Assembly: GCA_027604505.1 (NCBI GenBank)
Contig: JADIIX010000019.1
Span: forward strand, 1-64,000
Direction: 5' to 3'
DNA length: 64,000 nt
Source: Gonapodya sp. JEL0774
Taxonomy: Eukaryota
Made by a program: the position numbers and the translations under genes. The notes below the pieces were generated by a model. It saw only the letters and a program-made list of their open reading frames with translations, ran no database searches and was not told the DNA's origin. Position 1 is the first letter of the stretch; every line of letters starts with the position of its first letter. Below, piece after piece: positions 40,651 to 61,211 of this stretch.

Positions 40651-42682
40651 ATGGCGCGTCTATTATTCGCGGCCGCCCTTGTGTCGCTTATTGCAGGCAG
40701 CTCTACTGCTATTCGAATTGGTGCGTGGGGTTGGGCGTTTTGCCCCAGTCCTCGTAGAGTTGCTACACCTGGTTGCTGATAGTATCTGCAAACTTGCGTA
40801 CTATCCCCTCCTGAACTACGCGCTGAAATGAAATTGCTTCCTACTCACTACTTACGGCATTTGATTTGCCATTCAACCCGGTCGATCTGTGGACGTCCAA
40901 TGGATATTTGAAATCGCCCGGATATCTATCAGCCTCTGTCTCCCTTCTCTCTCATGATGGAATGACCACAGAAAACCCTCAGTATGTCTCTCTCGACGAA
41001 GCCTTCGTCGGACTTGAACACCTGTGCGGGGTTGAGTCATCCAATCTTCGGGGCTTGTCACTGGATTCTCTCAATCACCCTACACTTGCATCCAATTACG
41101 CTGGACTCTTTGAAAAGCCCAAGTCGCACCTAACAATTTTGCTGCCGGGGATAGAGGACGGTGAGTAGCTCGTGCTGAATTGCTGACATTCACTTGTAAA
41201 TTCGTCAGACCCGTCTTTATCCTGGCGACAGAGTCCGTCATGCCTGTCTACACCGTAATCGAAAGCACACTCCCTGTGCCTGCTGTGGGGAATAAGGTCA
41301 CCAAACTGGTCTCTGATTTCGCCTCCACACACGAAGGATCCACTGTATCACTCGTCGTGTCGGCCGACGTGGAAACTTCGCAGATTTCTTCGAACGTCCC
41401 AAAGTTGATTGTTTCCGCGAAGGTGCATGCTTGTGCTAGTCCTTTTAATTCTCTATATGACACAAAATTGCATCTGGACGTAGGGTGTGTCTAATGTCGG
41501 TCCTTCTCACAATCTCCTGATGAGTGCACTTCGTGAGCTGGAGACCAATCTCGAAGAAATGGTCTTAAAATTCTACGAGCATTTGGACGGATGCCACGAC
41601 TCGTTCGACTTGAAAGATGATGTGAGATTCTCAACTGGTGATCGCGAAGTTTATAAAAAACTTATCGATATGTGCTTCTTCGCAATAGACGGACCGCACG
41701 TTTATCAATGAGATGGTCGTTCTGCGCAATTTTTTTGATTACATTGAGGACCATGCCAAATCAATAACGACTGATGACACACCCGATATGTACACTTTCG
41801 TGATTACGGGGCTTGAGGTAATCGGTGCGAACTTTTGCAAGATATTTAACTTATTGCTGACACGGATCATCACACTGCAGAGACTGTCGACAAAGTACGG
41901 TCCTCAGTCGGAACAATTTTCGGTCGCGAAGAACATTGTTCATAAGACCCTGAGCAAAACTACAAGATTATTTAAGCACATATACACGAATCGTGGGGTA
42001 GTCGAACTTGTTACTGTCACTACTGTCCAATCTGCTACTGAAATCTCTCACCGACTCGGGAAGCGTGCCGTTGTGACAAATGGTACTTTAGCCGTACCCA
42101 ACGCTGGAATTGGCTGGGGCACAAATGGTTTCAACGCCAATCCGGTCATTGCCGGCTATCAGAACTGCGCTCCAACAGCCGAGATCTGCCAAGCGTGAGT
42201 CAGGGAACGCTTTTTAATGTATCCCCATACATCCGTTGAACCTGCTCGTTTCAGTGTTTATTCCAAGTGCTCTGGTCGTGGCATTTGTGTCCCGTCAACC
42301 AAAGTTATCGCGAACTCAACAAACCCTGATGTCAAAGAGCGTTCGATCAAGACTTGCTATGTTTGCGATTGCACCAGCACCAGCGTTCTCACAGATGACG
42401 GTTCCGTCGATTCTCGCTACAGGAACAAGTATCACTTTACCGGGCAGGCTTGTCAGTATGAGAACATATCGGAGCACTTTCACCTCCTCTTCGGGAGCTC
42501 TATAATTCTGGTATTTTTGCTCATTTTCGTAGTAGTTGGGACATTGAGAGTGAGTTCTGCTGTCGGCTCCTGTCTGACACTTATGTTTTGGCAACCTTGT
42601 CTGACATGTTAACCGAACAAAGGCATTTGATGAAGAGGGAGATTATGCTGTAGGCAGCGGTGTTAAGTCCGATTTGTTCTAA
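40651..42682 (+). CDS. Type I membrane protein, DUF3844/Vps3844-like, multi-exon
   Basis: Signal peptide MARLLFAAALVSLIAGSSTA; C-terminal Cys domain C..TAEICQ..SKCSGRGICV...CYVCDC...FTGQACQYENISEHFHLL, then a TM helix and short tail. Confidence 0.75.
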
Positions 42683-42790
42683 CAAGTGTGTACTGTTGGT
42701 TTGTTCTGCTAGTTACAATAATCAGTTTTCGGAACTTGTAGCAAGTGCGTATTGTCAGAAAAGACACCTCCATGATCTCATCACAGTTGC

Positions 42791-44390
42791 TCAATACCAC
42801 AAACGCAACAGTTCTGCTGACACCGCCGAAGGGGTGAGAATGCCAAGATCAGTGACGAGCCCTGATATATATCTAGAAATCGTAAAATTAACAAGTAAGG
42901 GGGGAGATTTCAGACCACTCCCTTCGAGGGACTTACTCAGGAGGCGTAAAGTCAACCATTGGGTGGCCCCATTTCATTTCGGCGTCAGACGGATGTGTGG
43001 GCTGGGGGAGATCGTACTGCCCCACTGGTGATATCCGGACAAACTAATGTAGACGGTCCGGCGTTCATAGTTATGATTTCGGGGAAGGGAAATAGACAGT
43101 GAGCTTGCTTACTTTGTAACTAGAGAAAGATGAAATTTACAGGCAAAAATCGATTCATGTGCAGGAATTCTGGGAATTCAAAAGGAGTTTCGAGCTCACG
43201 CTTCGGCCACTAAATGGTATGGTCGGGAACATGAGTGGGCGCCTGGACAAGGGCGATTGCCAAACCACGAACCTGTGTACATCGGTTTCATCGCCGCCTT
43301 TGCAACTACTGCGATCTAGAGAATGAGAGACACGAAATCACATTGAAATTAGAGATATGATCTCATAAACTCACTTGGAGAGTCCCAATAGAATTCACAA
43401 CACCTCCATTCTCTACCACTCCCTCCGCCCCAGTTAAAACGAGGTCAACTTTTTCCTTTGAAGCGAACAAAATGGACGATAGTGCTACTTGTATAGAAAG
43501 GCCAGACACATACTATGACATAGCCAACGGCGGAATCGAGAATCAACTTGTCGAATGAAGTTTTGCTCAGACAGGAGGCGCTCGTTGACCGCAAAATTGG
43601 ACAAGACTTACCTGCACCGGAATATTGCACTCTCTGAGTTCATCGATTACTCTCTGTCCCTTGTCACTTGGCCGAGCTTCCGTGGCAAATACCCGAAAGC
43701 GAATGTTAGCTCTCGCAGCGTGCCTCTGTGGGCATAGACAGTATTTGGGGTGCACGAGCGCCAGAAGCCTGCCCACTGATAGGAGCTTACCAGCAACCCC
43801 ATGACCACCCTGGAGTAAGAGTGCACAAGGAGACACATGTCATCTTTGATCAGGTTGGCACCGAGTTCCGCGATTCGTCGTTTCCTATTGTCCGACTGGA
43901 AGGTGCTCTGATAAAATCAAGATGCAAAGGACATTGTTTTCTCTGGCGTACCTCCCGAACAAAGGTCTCCCCTTTGGAAATGATGATTGTCTTTGATTCC
44001 TCGATGGTTGCATCGATACGGAGACCCCGAACAAATCTGAGAAAAGCTTCGCATCCCGCTGTCACCGAGACAATTGTATCCGTGGAAGCTTTAAGCTTTT
44101 CAGCTGCTATCTGGAGATTTGAAAGGAACTGTGAGGAGGTTGAAGAGGTGTCATCCTTTGTGATTTGGGAATCAGCGTGGACCAAAGAAGTGGTAGTTTG
44201 AAAGAAATCCCACTTTAATGCTTTCCGTCAGTGCCTTTACGTGCAAGAACATCGGATTGACGTCACGGATACAGTGGGGAGACGGATATGAAACGTCACT
44301 CACAGCGATGGCTGCCACTGGTGGAGACATTGAGGGGTTCGTTTGCAGATGTTCCCGAAAATACAAAACGACATCGAACTGGGACGACAT
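42791..44390 (-). CDS. GCN3: Translation initiation factor eIF2B alpha subunit, multi-exon
   Basis: [106 protein letters not shown]. Confidence 0.95.
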
Positions 44391-44499
44391 TAATGGATCG
44401 CACAAAGAGATTCGTTAGATATAGGGCAAGGGATGAGTGTTGATGACCGTAGCAACGTGAAGTGGTTCACACCAATATCAATTGTTACCGTACCGTAAC

Positions 44500-46302
44500 A
44501 TGTCGGAAGACGCCGCGCCCGCTGCTGCCCCCGCGCAAACCCAGTCAGCCGAAAGTCCAATTAAAGCTGATGGGTCGCCGGAGCCTGTTCAGTCAAAGTC
44601 CGAAAAGCACGAATGGAAACCGGACGATCTAGTTTGGGGGTTTTACAAAGGCTTCCCTGTGAGCATTGGTATTACTACTATGCAGACCCTGCCTTTTGGA
44701 TGAGAAGAACGTAATAGGGATGTCTTCTCATATGTTTTTGCCTCCAATCCGAATGAATACCGTACGCCCCCCATTGCATCAGTGGTGGCCATGTTTGGTG
44801 AGCTCCAGTTCCTGTGAACTAATCTGCTGTAAGAATGATCGGTGACCGTATGCTCTTTCTGCAGGTTGCTCGTGAGGAGGAACTCAACGATGAGGTCCTC
44901 GCCCAGCGAAAGCCCAATACAACATGCTGCATGTTTCTGGGCACGTTTGATTAGTGAGTAATTATCACATCACCAAAAAGGCATACGTAGTGCATTTTTC
45001 TGGTGGTTCCACACGTGTCTTTGGAACACCACTGAGTCAATCATTTTCCTGTCATCACTTTTTTACATACCTCATAGTTGGTGGTTTACTGATTCCAATA
45101 TCCGACCATATGAGCAGTATCGCAAGGATTTCGGCCCTGGACGTAAGAAGAAAGGTGGCGGGAAGAATTGGGACAAAGCTTTCGAGCTCGCGGAAGACCC
45201 AGTAAAACTGCAGAAGACGATGGAAGCCCGGCGTGCCGAGTGGCTGGCTAAGTGGGAACGGACAGCAAAGAGACAAGAGAGAGCAAGCGAGAAAAGAAAG
45301 AAGAGGGACGACAGCGAAGATGAGGATGAAATGGATGGGGGAGAATCGGATGACGAGAGGAAGAAGCGCAAAAAGCACTCCAAGGATTCAGATGAGTCTG
45401 AATCTGAGGAAGATGAAGAAGAGAGAAAGGTAGGTGGTCGCACTTTGCGTCTGCAGATGCAAGTTTTACCGTGATTTTGCTTGCATTTTGTAGAAGCGAA
45501 AAGAGGCGAAGAAACTCCGTCGGGAAGAAAAGGAACGAAGGAAAGCAGAGAGACAAAAGCACAAAGAGAAAGAGGGCGACAAGGAAGGCACCGAGGACAA
45601 GCACAAAGGTGACAAAACGGATGGAAGTGAGCATGTGCTTCGCAGGTTAGATTATGGAATATTTTCATGACTCTCCTACAATAGCTGTCATGAAGCTCCG
45701 TATGAAGCTGCAAAAGTACCTTTTACCGGACAGCAACACACCGGGCATTGAGGTAGGATCTGGGACTCACTTTTTTCTTTCCCTTCATATCACTGAGAAG
45801 GCTCCCTCGAAGGATGAACATATCGCCAAAAAGGCGAGTGAAGTTTTGAAGGAAGTGGAGGCTGCGGAGATCGACCTGCATGCTCTCAAGGTGAAGATGT
45901 GGATTGCGATGTCGAAGTTCATCTGCCCCAAACTCCTTTTTCTTCTTAGGAAACCAAACTCGGGAAGGTCGTCAAAAGAATGGCCACCAAGGTCCTCGCT
46001 TCCGACCCTTTCAAGCTTATAGAGAGATGCCAAGTGTTACTTGATAAATGGAGGAAGGTATGTGGAAGTTGCATGAGTAAAAAGAACTTTAGACCCACGC
46101 AAAGTTTATCTCTCAGATTGACGTGGGTGCTGAAAAAGACGATGGCAAGGAAGAAGGTGGAAAGAAGTTAAATGGGGAATCTCACAAGGACGCCATGGAG
46201 GGAGTACAGAACTCTTCAGTGGATGTCAAACCTCCACCTGCAGCAGCAGGATTTAAGTTGGAAGGAGATGAGGAACCCAGTCGGAAAGTAGACACGGAGT
46301 GA
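44500..46302 (+). CDS. PWWP-domain chromatin reader with a C-terminal TFIIS-N/LEDGF-like helical domain (Pdp3-like)
   Basis: WKPDDLVWGFYKGFP|WWPCL|V; C-terminal KLRMKLQKYLL..LKEVE..LK|KTKLGKVVKRM..LIERCQVLLDKWRK. Confidence 0.88.
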
Positions 46303-46391
46303 CACTTTCAGATATATATCACCGAACTTGATGTGGAATTACATTTGTGCTTGTTTACTTCAGATATTGTTGACTGTGCCTCTGGTTGTGG

Positions 46392-50372
<3,981 letters not shown>

Positions 50373-50421
50373 CTAATATGTAATTCAGCATGTGGATCGA
50401 ATTAATGAGCTAAACATATCT

Positions 50422-52093
50422 TCATGAAAACACATGTTTGCGCTCCTCCTGGTCATCGGCAACACCAGCGACTGCAGCAAGCTTGCCGGACCGCAGCTCC
50501 TCCGCAACTTTCCTGTTACTGTAGCGGTGGCCAGCATTCCCGTTGATCGAACGGCGGATCTATTGACCAACAAGAATTCGTGCACAAAAATGAATCACGA
50601 GAACCAGACCAAACAGTTGGTGCAACACACCTGTCCGGGCGTCACAAAGGTAGAATTCTCGTACAGGGTGGAGCCACAAAAGCTGCCGTCAAAAATACGG
50701 ACGATATCCAGGACAAAGCGCGGACCAATCTCTACTAGCGAAAGAGGGTCTTGTCCAGGCGGAACTGGTGAATCTTTTTCGACAATCTGCGGCGCAGCTT
50801 GCGACGTTCATAAGTAACCACACGATCAATTATGCTGCTTTCCTTACTTGGTAATTTCTAAACCAAATCTTCCCATCAACAATGGAGAACGAGAGAACAT
50901 GGTCGATGAAAGGTTTGATCCTCCGGGACGTGCGAGGTGTCGCAAAGATCTTTGTCGTCAAAAGAAGCATGTTCTGAGAAAAATTAAATCACGAATCATG
51001 CTATTGTATGCCTACTTGTGTGAAGAGTTCCTTGAGAAGTTCAAGGTGCGGGTGGTTGTCGAAATGTTTATCGAAGGAGACAATGGAGCGAGAACCTTTC
51101 AAGCAGTTGCCGGTAAGTCGAAGTTCATCCATCGTGTGAACTGAAAGAAACAATACAGTTAGCGATTGGCCAGAAAGAGGAGCTCATAAGCAATCCGCGT
51201 TCCGATGATGTGCGGATTGAGCAGCAACGATTGTTCGCCGAACTAATCCGCAGCGAGGATTCCAAAGCACGTCCAGAGTTCAGGTTCATAATGCAAGGTT
51301 GTCTGCGCAGTCCGTAGCAATATGGATTCCGAGTTCTGGTAGAATGAAGAAAACAGCTCACCATTCTGAACAAAGAACTTCACGGACGGACCATTAGGGG
51401 TTTTGGACATCCACATGTAAAGGTCCGTTCCTCTCCTACATTCCAGAAATATCGCATTGTTACAATTCGCCAGCTCTGCAACCTCATTCAGAATGTAGAG
51501 ATCCGACTTCTGTTCCAGTTTGGATTCCTTCTTCGAATGCGGCAGAAGGCAGTTAAGGTCATTCAGCAGATGGCGATAACTTTCATCGAGAAACACGTGC
51601 ACCCGATTGCATAGAGATTGTCAGAATTCTATCAGAAGTTGCACTTTGTAAGGTAAGGTGTAACCAACCGGTGGATGATTCCCCGAGAAGAGAGCAGCAA
51701 CACCCGTTGTCGGTTTTCTGAAAGCTTTTCATCGACACCTGCTTTCTCACTTGCACTCTTATGTCGATCTTTAAAAGACATATCGCGTTTCTCCTCTTCA
51801 GGTGCTTCTAACGTTTCTGCCTTGACCAAGAGAGCTTTACGACCTGACAGTCCGCCTTTCCCTACTCCTTTCACAGATTGTTCAATACTGCGCATCTCAT
51901 CATCAGAGTCTATAGCATCTAGCTCGTTATCGCTGTCCATGTCCCCTTCGTCGTCCGAGTCATCCTCAAAATTGTCAGAGTCAGAATCAGCTCTCCCGGT
52001 ATCAGCAACGACAAGTTCTCGATGTCGATTCTCAAGCACTGCATCAGCATCCTCGTTTTTAGTGATTGTACGTTGTTTTCTTGATGGTCGCAT
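50422..52093 (-). CDS. BRX1: Ribosome biogenesis Brix-domain protein Brx1, multi-exon
   Basis: RQRVLLLSSRGI; YRHLLNDL..LLPHSKKESK; NCNNAIFLECR..DLYMWMSKTPNGPSVKF; HTMDEL..TGNCLKGSR; IWFRNYQ; EIGPRFVL...IFDGSFCGSTLYEN. Confidence 0.95.
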
Positions 52094-52574
52094 GGCTCCA
52101 GATAACCTACAGAAGAAAAAATATATACTTTATCCGCACAAAGAATGCCGGCAGGCACGCTTAGAGCTCCCATATATTGAAAAACGCGTTTCACAAGAGA
52201 CGCTATGGTAACGCGGCCTCCGGCCTCCGCGCTACCAACATTACTGCCTGGGAGCGATACCCCGTTCACTATACCGACCGTCTGATGATCCCATTTTGGC
52301 TGTATAGTATACATTGGGGGGTTCGGTACTACGCACGCGCCAGGTGCAATGCAAGATGCAGATGCGCCAGCCCGATATCAATAAAGTATCTTGCAAGCAC
52401 TCGTACAGCTCTGCCGCAGCAGACTAGCCCGCAACATTGGCAAAGTGATTGCGACTGCACGGACGCCAGAACAGACTCTGACTGGTTAGCATTCAAACCG
52501 CAAGACAAACCGCAAGGCAACAATCTCTACTTCTTATCCAGACGCGTCCCAAACTTACACGTACAGTAGCGGTG

Positions 52575-55500
52575 ATGGAAGGAGGTGCCTCTCTCACCAA
52601 CGGAGGCGGAAACGACGCCGAACACTCTGCCGCCGCAAAGCCCTTGAAGCGCAAGGCAAACTACACTTCAGACTCGGAATCTTCAGATGATGTGCCCCTG
52701 AAAGTGAGGAAAACTTAGCCTTAGGCTGTTCGCATCGTGGTAGAGCGTGGTCTGAATGACGTCCTTGACGAAGGAACGAGCTGGGGCAAAGGCAATGGAC
52801 TCCAAGAGGAAGCCGAAAACTAAGGTTATGGGGGTAGGAGCTAATGGTGCTAGCAAGGTATGTTACTGTTTATCCAGCATCCAGAAAATCTTTCGTGATC
52901 TCAATTCCAAGGTTATATCATCAACTATTGTTCCTACCGTTCAACAATTGCTTGGAACGAACTTCATGGCTCGCTCTTTGTAATTCCTGGTTCTCACCGC
53001 ATTTGAAGTCTTCTTTTGTGAAATCGAACGTTTCAAAGAAGGTCAAGCGAGAGGAGTCTTCTGACGAAGAGTTCTCATCCACCGTTTCCGACGAAGCCTC
53101 CGGCGACAGCGCATCCCCGTCCGAATCAGACAGCGAAGGATACTCTGATGCCAACTCTGATGCTCCTCTGGTGCGTTCTCACTTGTACCGTCACTACTGG
53201 GAGATTCTTAGTTTCTGTTTTCTGCTTGACAGACAAGGAAGGCGACTGTATTGAAATCAAGAACAACAGGGAATGGAAAAGCAGGTGCTGAGAAGGATGT
53301 TGCAACGAAGGTGAGCCAGCTTATATTAGTCACACTCTGCGCTCCCACCCCACCCCACTAATTCTCTTTGACACATTGGAAGGCTGTGACCAAACGCAAG
53401 CGTGAGGACGAAGATACCCCATCTTCGAAGGTGAAAGGAGAGCCCTCAAGGAAAGTGAAAACGGAGGCCAAGAGCTCAAAGATGGCGGTGAAGAAAATAA
53501 GACCTTCCGGCGAAGACGATGACTCTGACGCGTCGGACCGACCGCGTGCCAAGTCGACTCCTAAACATCGAAACAATAAGAAAGTCAAGGAGGACCCAGA
53601 CAATTCTGCTCCCAGCACACCTCAAAAGAAAGGACGGGCGAAGAAAGGAGAAGACGATGAAGAGGTGGATGAGCAGTACAAGTGGTGGCTTGAAAATCAG
53701 GGAGATACGAGTGAGAAATGGAAGACTTTGGAACACTGCGGGGTTGTTTTCCCCCCTCCTTACAAACCTATTGGTGTGAGAATGAAGTACGATGGTGAGT
53801 TAGTGGTTCGGTCATGCCACTCTGTTCGCAGTCCGGCCTTGTTGTTCGTCTTGACAGTTGTCTCGATTCTTGCTGTCCACATAACGTTGTACCTCTGCAT
53901 TAGGCAAAGAGATAACACTCGATCCCGAATCGGAAGAGGTCGCGGGGTTCTACGCCCAATTGATCGGTACTGAATGGGTTGAGAATCCCATTTTCCGAAA
54001 GAACTTCTTTGAAGACTGGATGGCTGTCCTTGCCAAAAGCAACAAAGTGCGTGATGCTGTGACACATCTGCGGATGTGTAATGTATTTGTCAGACGGGTT
54101 TCTTACTCGAGCTCTAGTCACACCCAATTAAATCCCTCGAAAAATGCGACTTCAGCCCCATTACCGAATACTATGCACGCCAAAGGGAAGAGAGAAAAAA
54201 TATGACCAAAGAGCAAAAGGAAGCCGCCAAGGCGGAGAAGAAGGCACTTGAGGACAAGTTCGGATGGGCAACTATCGACGGTCGAAAGGAGAAAATCGGG
54301 AACTTTCGAATTGAGCCGCCAGGCTTGTTTAGAGGTCGCGGAGCCCACCCAAAGGCCGGGAGATTGAAGGTATTCCTGGTGGATCAGTTTGCAAGGAAGT
54401 TTTCACATCACCGTCTCTATCGTTGACAGAAACGAGTCATGGCAGAACAAGTGATCATCAATATTGGCGCGGATGCTAAAGTACCAGAGCCACCGGCCGG
54501 TCATCACTGGGGAGACGTGGTTCACGACAACACTGTTACTTGGCTTGCTTATTGGAAGGAGAATGTTAACGACGCTTTCAAGTATGTTTTCTTCGCTGCC
54601 GGATCCAGTTTGAAGGGTCAAAGTGACCTCAAGAAATTCGAAAAGGCCAGAGATCTCAAGGTTTGTACATCGTCGTTTATCTTGCAATCTGGTGTTACCT
54701 ACAACGCTACAAAATCAACTCTCAGAAACATGTTCACAGAATCCGAAAGGATTATCAAGCAGGACTGAAAGATGAGCTTATGGCCACTCGGCAAAGATCA
54801 ACTGCAATGTATTTTATAGACCGACTGGCACTTCGTGCGGGCAATGAGAAAGGCGAAGACGAGGCCGACACAGTCGGATGCTGCTCATTACGATTCGAGC
54901 ACGTCACGTTAGCCCCTCCGAATAAAGTTATCTTCGATTTCCTGGGGAAGGACAGTATCAGGTACTACAACGAGGTGGAAGTGGAGGAGCAAGTCTTTAA
55001 GAATCTGAAGATTTTTAAGAAACCACCGAAGAAAGAAGGAGACCCTTTGTTTGATCGACTAGACGTAAGCTTGAGTGTTCCCCGGTTTAAGTACTTTGTT
55101 ATCGACTTGCTCGGTGGCTCCTTTTCAGACATCGATATTGAATAGACATCTACAAGGCTACCAAAAAAGTTTAACTGCAAAAGTATTTCGAACGTATAAT
55201 GCCAGCTTTACTTTCCAAGAGGAGCTTCGGAAAACACCGAAAGACGGCACTGTGGCAGAAAAGCTGCTGGCCTATAATAGAGCCAACCGCGAAGTTGCGA
55301 TTCTGTGCAACCATCAGAGAACAATACCGAAGGCGCATGGTAATCAGATGGAAAAGCTGAAGTACAAGGTGAGACAATCTCAGATTAAATAGAACAGCGG
55401 CAAATAATCATCTTGTCTTTTTAAATTCAAGGTCCGTGCCCTGAAGTACGAGCTTAGGAAGATTCGCGAACAAATATTGGATCTAGATCCAAAGAAGAAG

Positions 55501-56163
55501 AAGAAGTCCCAGTATACCGAGGTAAGTTGAGTTGCAAGGCAGTTTGATTTGGCCAAGTCATTCTTTCAATTTCGGTTTGTTTCATAAAGGAGGAGTCTGA
55601 CCTGGACGAGGATTGGATTACGCAGCACGAGAAAAATCTTGAGGAACAGGAAAAGGAGAAGTTGGCCAAGAAATTGGACAGAGAGAACGAGAAGAGGAGG
55701 GAGCAAGGAGAGAAACCGCTTACTATGAAGGATATGGAACCGCCTATGAAGAAGACCCCTTCTCTTGAACGACTTGAGGAGATGTTTGAGAAAATGAAAG
55801 AGAAGATTAGTGCTCAGAAGCTTGCGATGGTCGATAAGGTCAGTTAGATTTGTCGTGGATTGTCACCATTGGGACAATATGTGTGCCTTGGGCTTTTCAG
55901 ATTTTTGAACACCACTGACCTCCATAGGACGAAAACAAGACGACGGCCCTTGGAACTTCTAAGATCAACTACATCGATCCCCGTATATCCGTGATGTGGT
56001 GCAAGAAATACGATGTACCACTTGAGAAGGTTTTCAACAAGAGTCTGTTGAGCAAGTTTAAGTGGGCCATGGAGACACCGTGGGTTGATTTATTGTTGCA
56101 AACTTTTGAATTGTAATACTCATCTGATCGCTTTCCCAACACAGCGCTGAATGGGAATTCTAA
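52575..56163 (+). CDS. TOP1: DNA topoisomerase I (type IB), multi-exon
   Basis: [74 protein letters not shown]; catalytic [11 protein letters not shown]. Confidence 0.98.
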
Positions 56164-56236
56164 ATATACACTACACAAATGTATTAGTCGATTAATATGC
56201 ATTTACCACTTTAGACCGTTGTTTCGCCAGATACGG

Positions 56237-59447
<3,211 letters not shown>

Positions 59448-59636
59448 CCGACAAGAACTTTTAGCCAGTGTAGATCCTGATTTCCAGAGATACTGGATTG
59501 AAGTTTGTCAATTCCTTCATCACAGTAGAGTATCATCATTTACTGGATATGGATGTGTATCATGTTGATGTTGCCTATGGTTCAGTGGTTGAGTAATTTT
59601 TGGAATTTCACAACGGGTACATCTCCAGCACAGTCA

Positions 59637-61139
59637 ATGCCTCTTCGGCGAATTCAACTGGACACACGTCTTGAAGGACTGAGACAGGGAGATGCCAGAA
59701 ACCTCCCTCCATTACGCCAGACTGGAGGGGGAAACAAGGCCAGTGCTTCGCTGTTACAGCTACCTTCATTCTCTGCTCAGTTCGGACTCGGAGGCAACAT
59801 GAAGCCTCGCATCGTAGACTTCAGCGAGACTGCGGCAGTACAGCCAGCTCCTCGTGGCGTTCCCAATCCGACGGAGAAAGCTCGCAGGAGGAACGGTGTG
59901 CACACGACTTCGAGTATTCACAGTGAAGCAGCGAATACCGGTGTAAAAGCCGACGCACCGCTTCTTCCTTTCCGCTCTCGCTTGCGTGATGCACCAGGTG
60001 GCCCATTTCCTTCTTTACGACGGACCTTACGTTCGCAACCAATCCCCCCTTCTCATGCACAACCTCTCCCTGTACCACCTGAGCCCCAAAAGAAACTCAA
60101 ATTTGCTCTGGACTCCAAACGGCCGACTGAGGATCCGGACTTTGATTCAAAGACTTTTCTGGGGAAGCGAAAGAGACAAGAGGAACGCGATCATGGTGGC
60201 GCAGGTTACGAAAGCGGTCACAATTCTGAGACGGACAATGGCGAACGGAGGAAGCTTAGACCACGAAGGACACCTACGGAGAAGACGCGGTCGCGGGAGC
60301 GAGGTGAGTATGTGAAAGCGTGAAAGAATCCACACCTGACCAATTATCAATGGTTATTTCAGAGATTCTGTTTCAGCTCATTCGCCCCGAATGTCTTCTT
60401 TATGTCGAGAATGATGAGGTCTCCGTCCGTGGATGCACAGCAATTCTTTTGCCCCCAGCAGTAGCTGGTGGACAATCCCTTCCAGTACCAGTTCCACTTC
60501 CCCCTCCCAAACATCCTGATAATGTCGCAAATATCCCTATGTTCAGAGTGTTAGAGTTCCCGGATATGTATGTGGGCAGGGGTAAGAGGAATTTTTCGGT
60601 CGCGTTGAATGGCGATGTGAGTGTTTGTGGCTTGGTTATTCACGATGGGTACAGCTGATTCGCAATCCTTACCATCCTTCGCTGACACGTAGGAGGAAGA
60701 TACGTCTGATGAAGCTTACGAATTACGCCATCGCCGATATGAGAGGGAAGAAAAGAGATTAAAGAACCGTGAAGTGGAAGTATATCGCTATGAGCTTCAC
60801 AAACGACGTGAAGCAGAGGAAGCGAGGCGGCAACAAGAGATCTCAAGAAAGCTTGTCGCAGGTGGTCGGCCATGGGGTGGTGGAGGTGGTATTGTTGGGA
60901 CGTCAAGTGTCACGCTTGCAGATGATGACGAAGGTCGTGTAAAGCCCCCAAAGCGCCCAGGGAGTGCCGAGTTGGTACTGGCTTCTTCGTCAGTAGAGAA
61001 TACCACGTCGCAAGTCTCCACTACGGGTATTCCTTTGGTGTCTCGGCGCGTGACAGACAGTCGAGCACGAGACGATCGGGACTTCGTTGGGAGGAATACT
61101 CGATCTGGCGCCAAGTATCGAGCGGGCAGGACCCTGTAA
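59637..61139 (+). CDS. PEHE-motif (MSL1/KANSL1/Sas4-like) protein, multi-exon
   Basis: Spliced NIPMFRVLEF...NGD|EEDTSDEAYELRHRRYEREEKRLKNREVEVYRYE; the remainder is basic and disordered. Confidence 0.7.
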
Positions 61140-61211
61140 ATTGATTCAGCAGGATCATGTAGTGGCAATTGGGGCATTTTCTCTTTACTCTTTTGTACTT
61201 TGCTGTATTGA

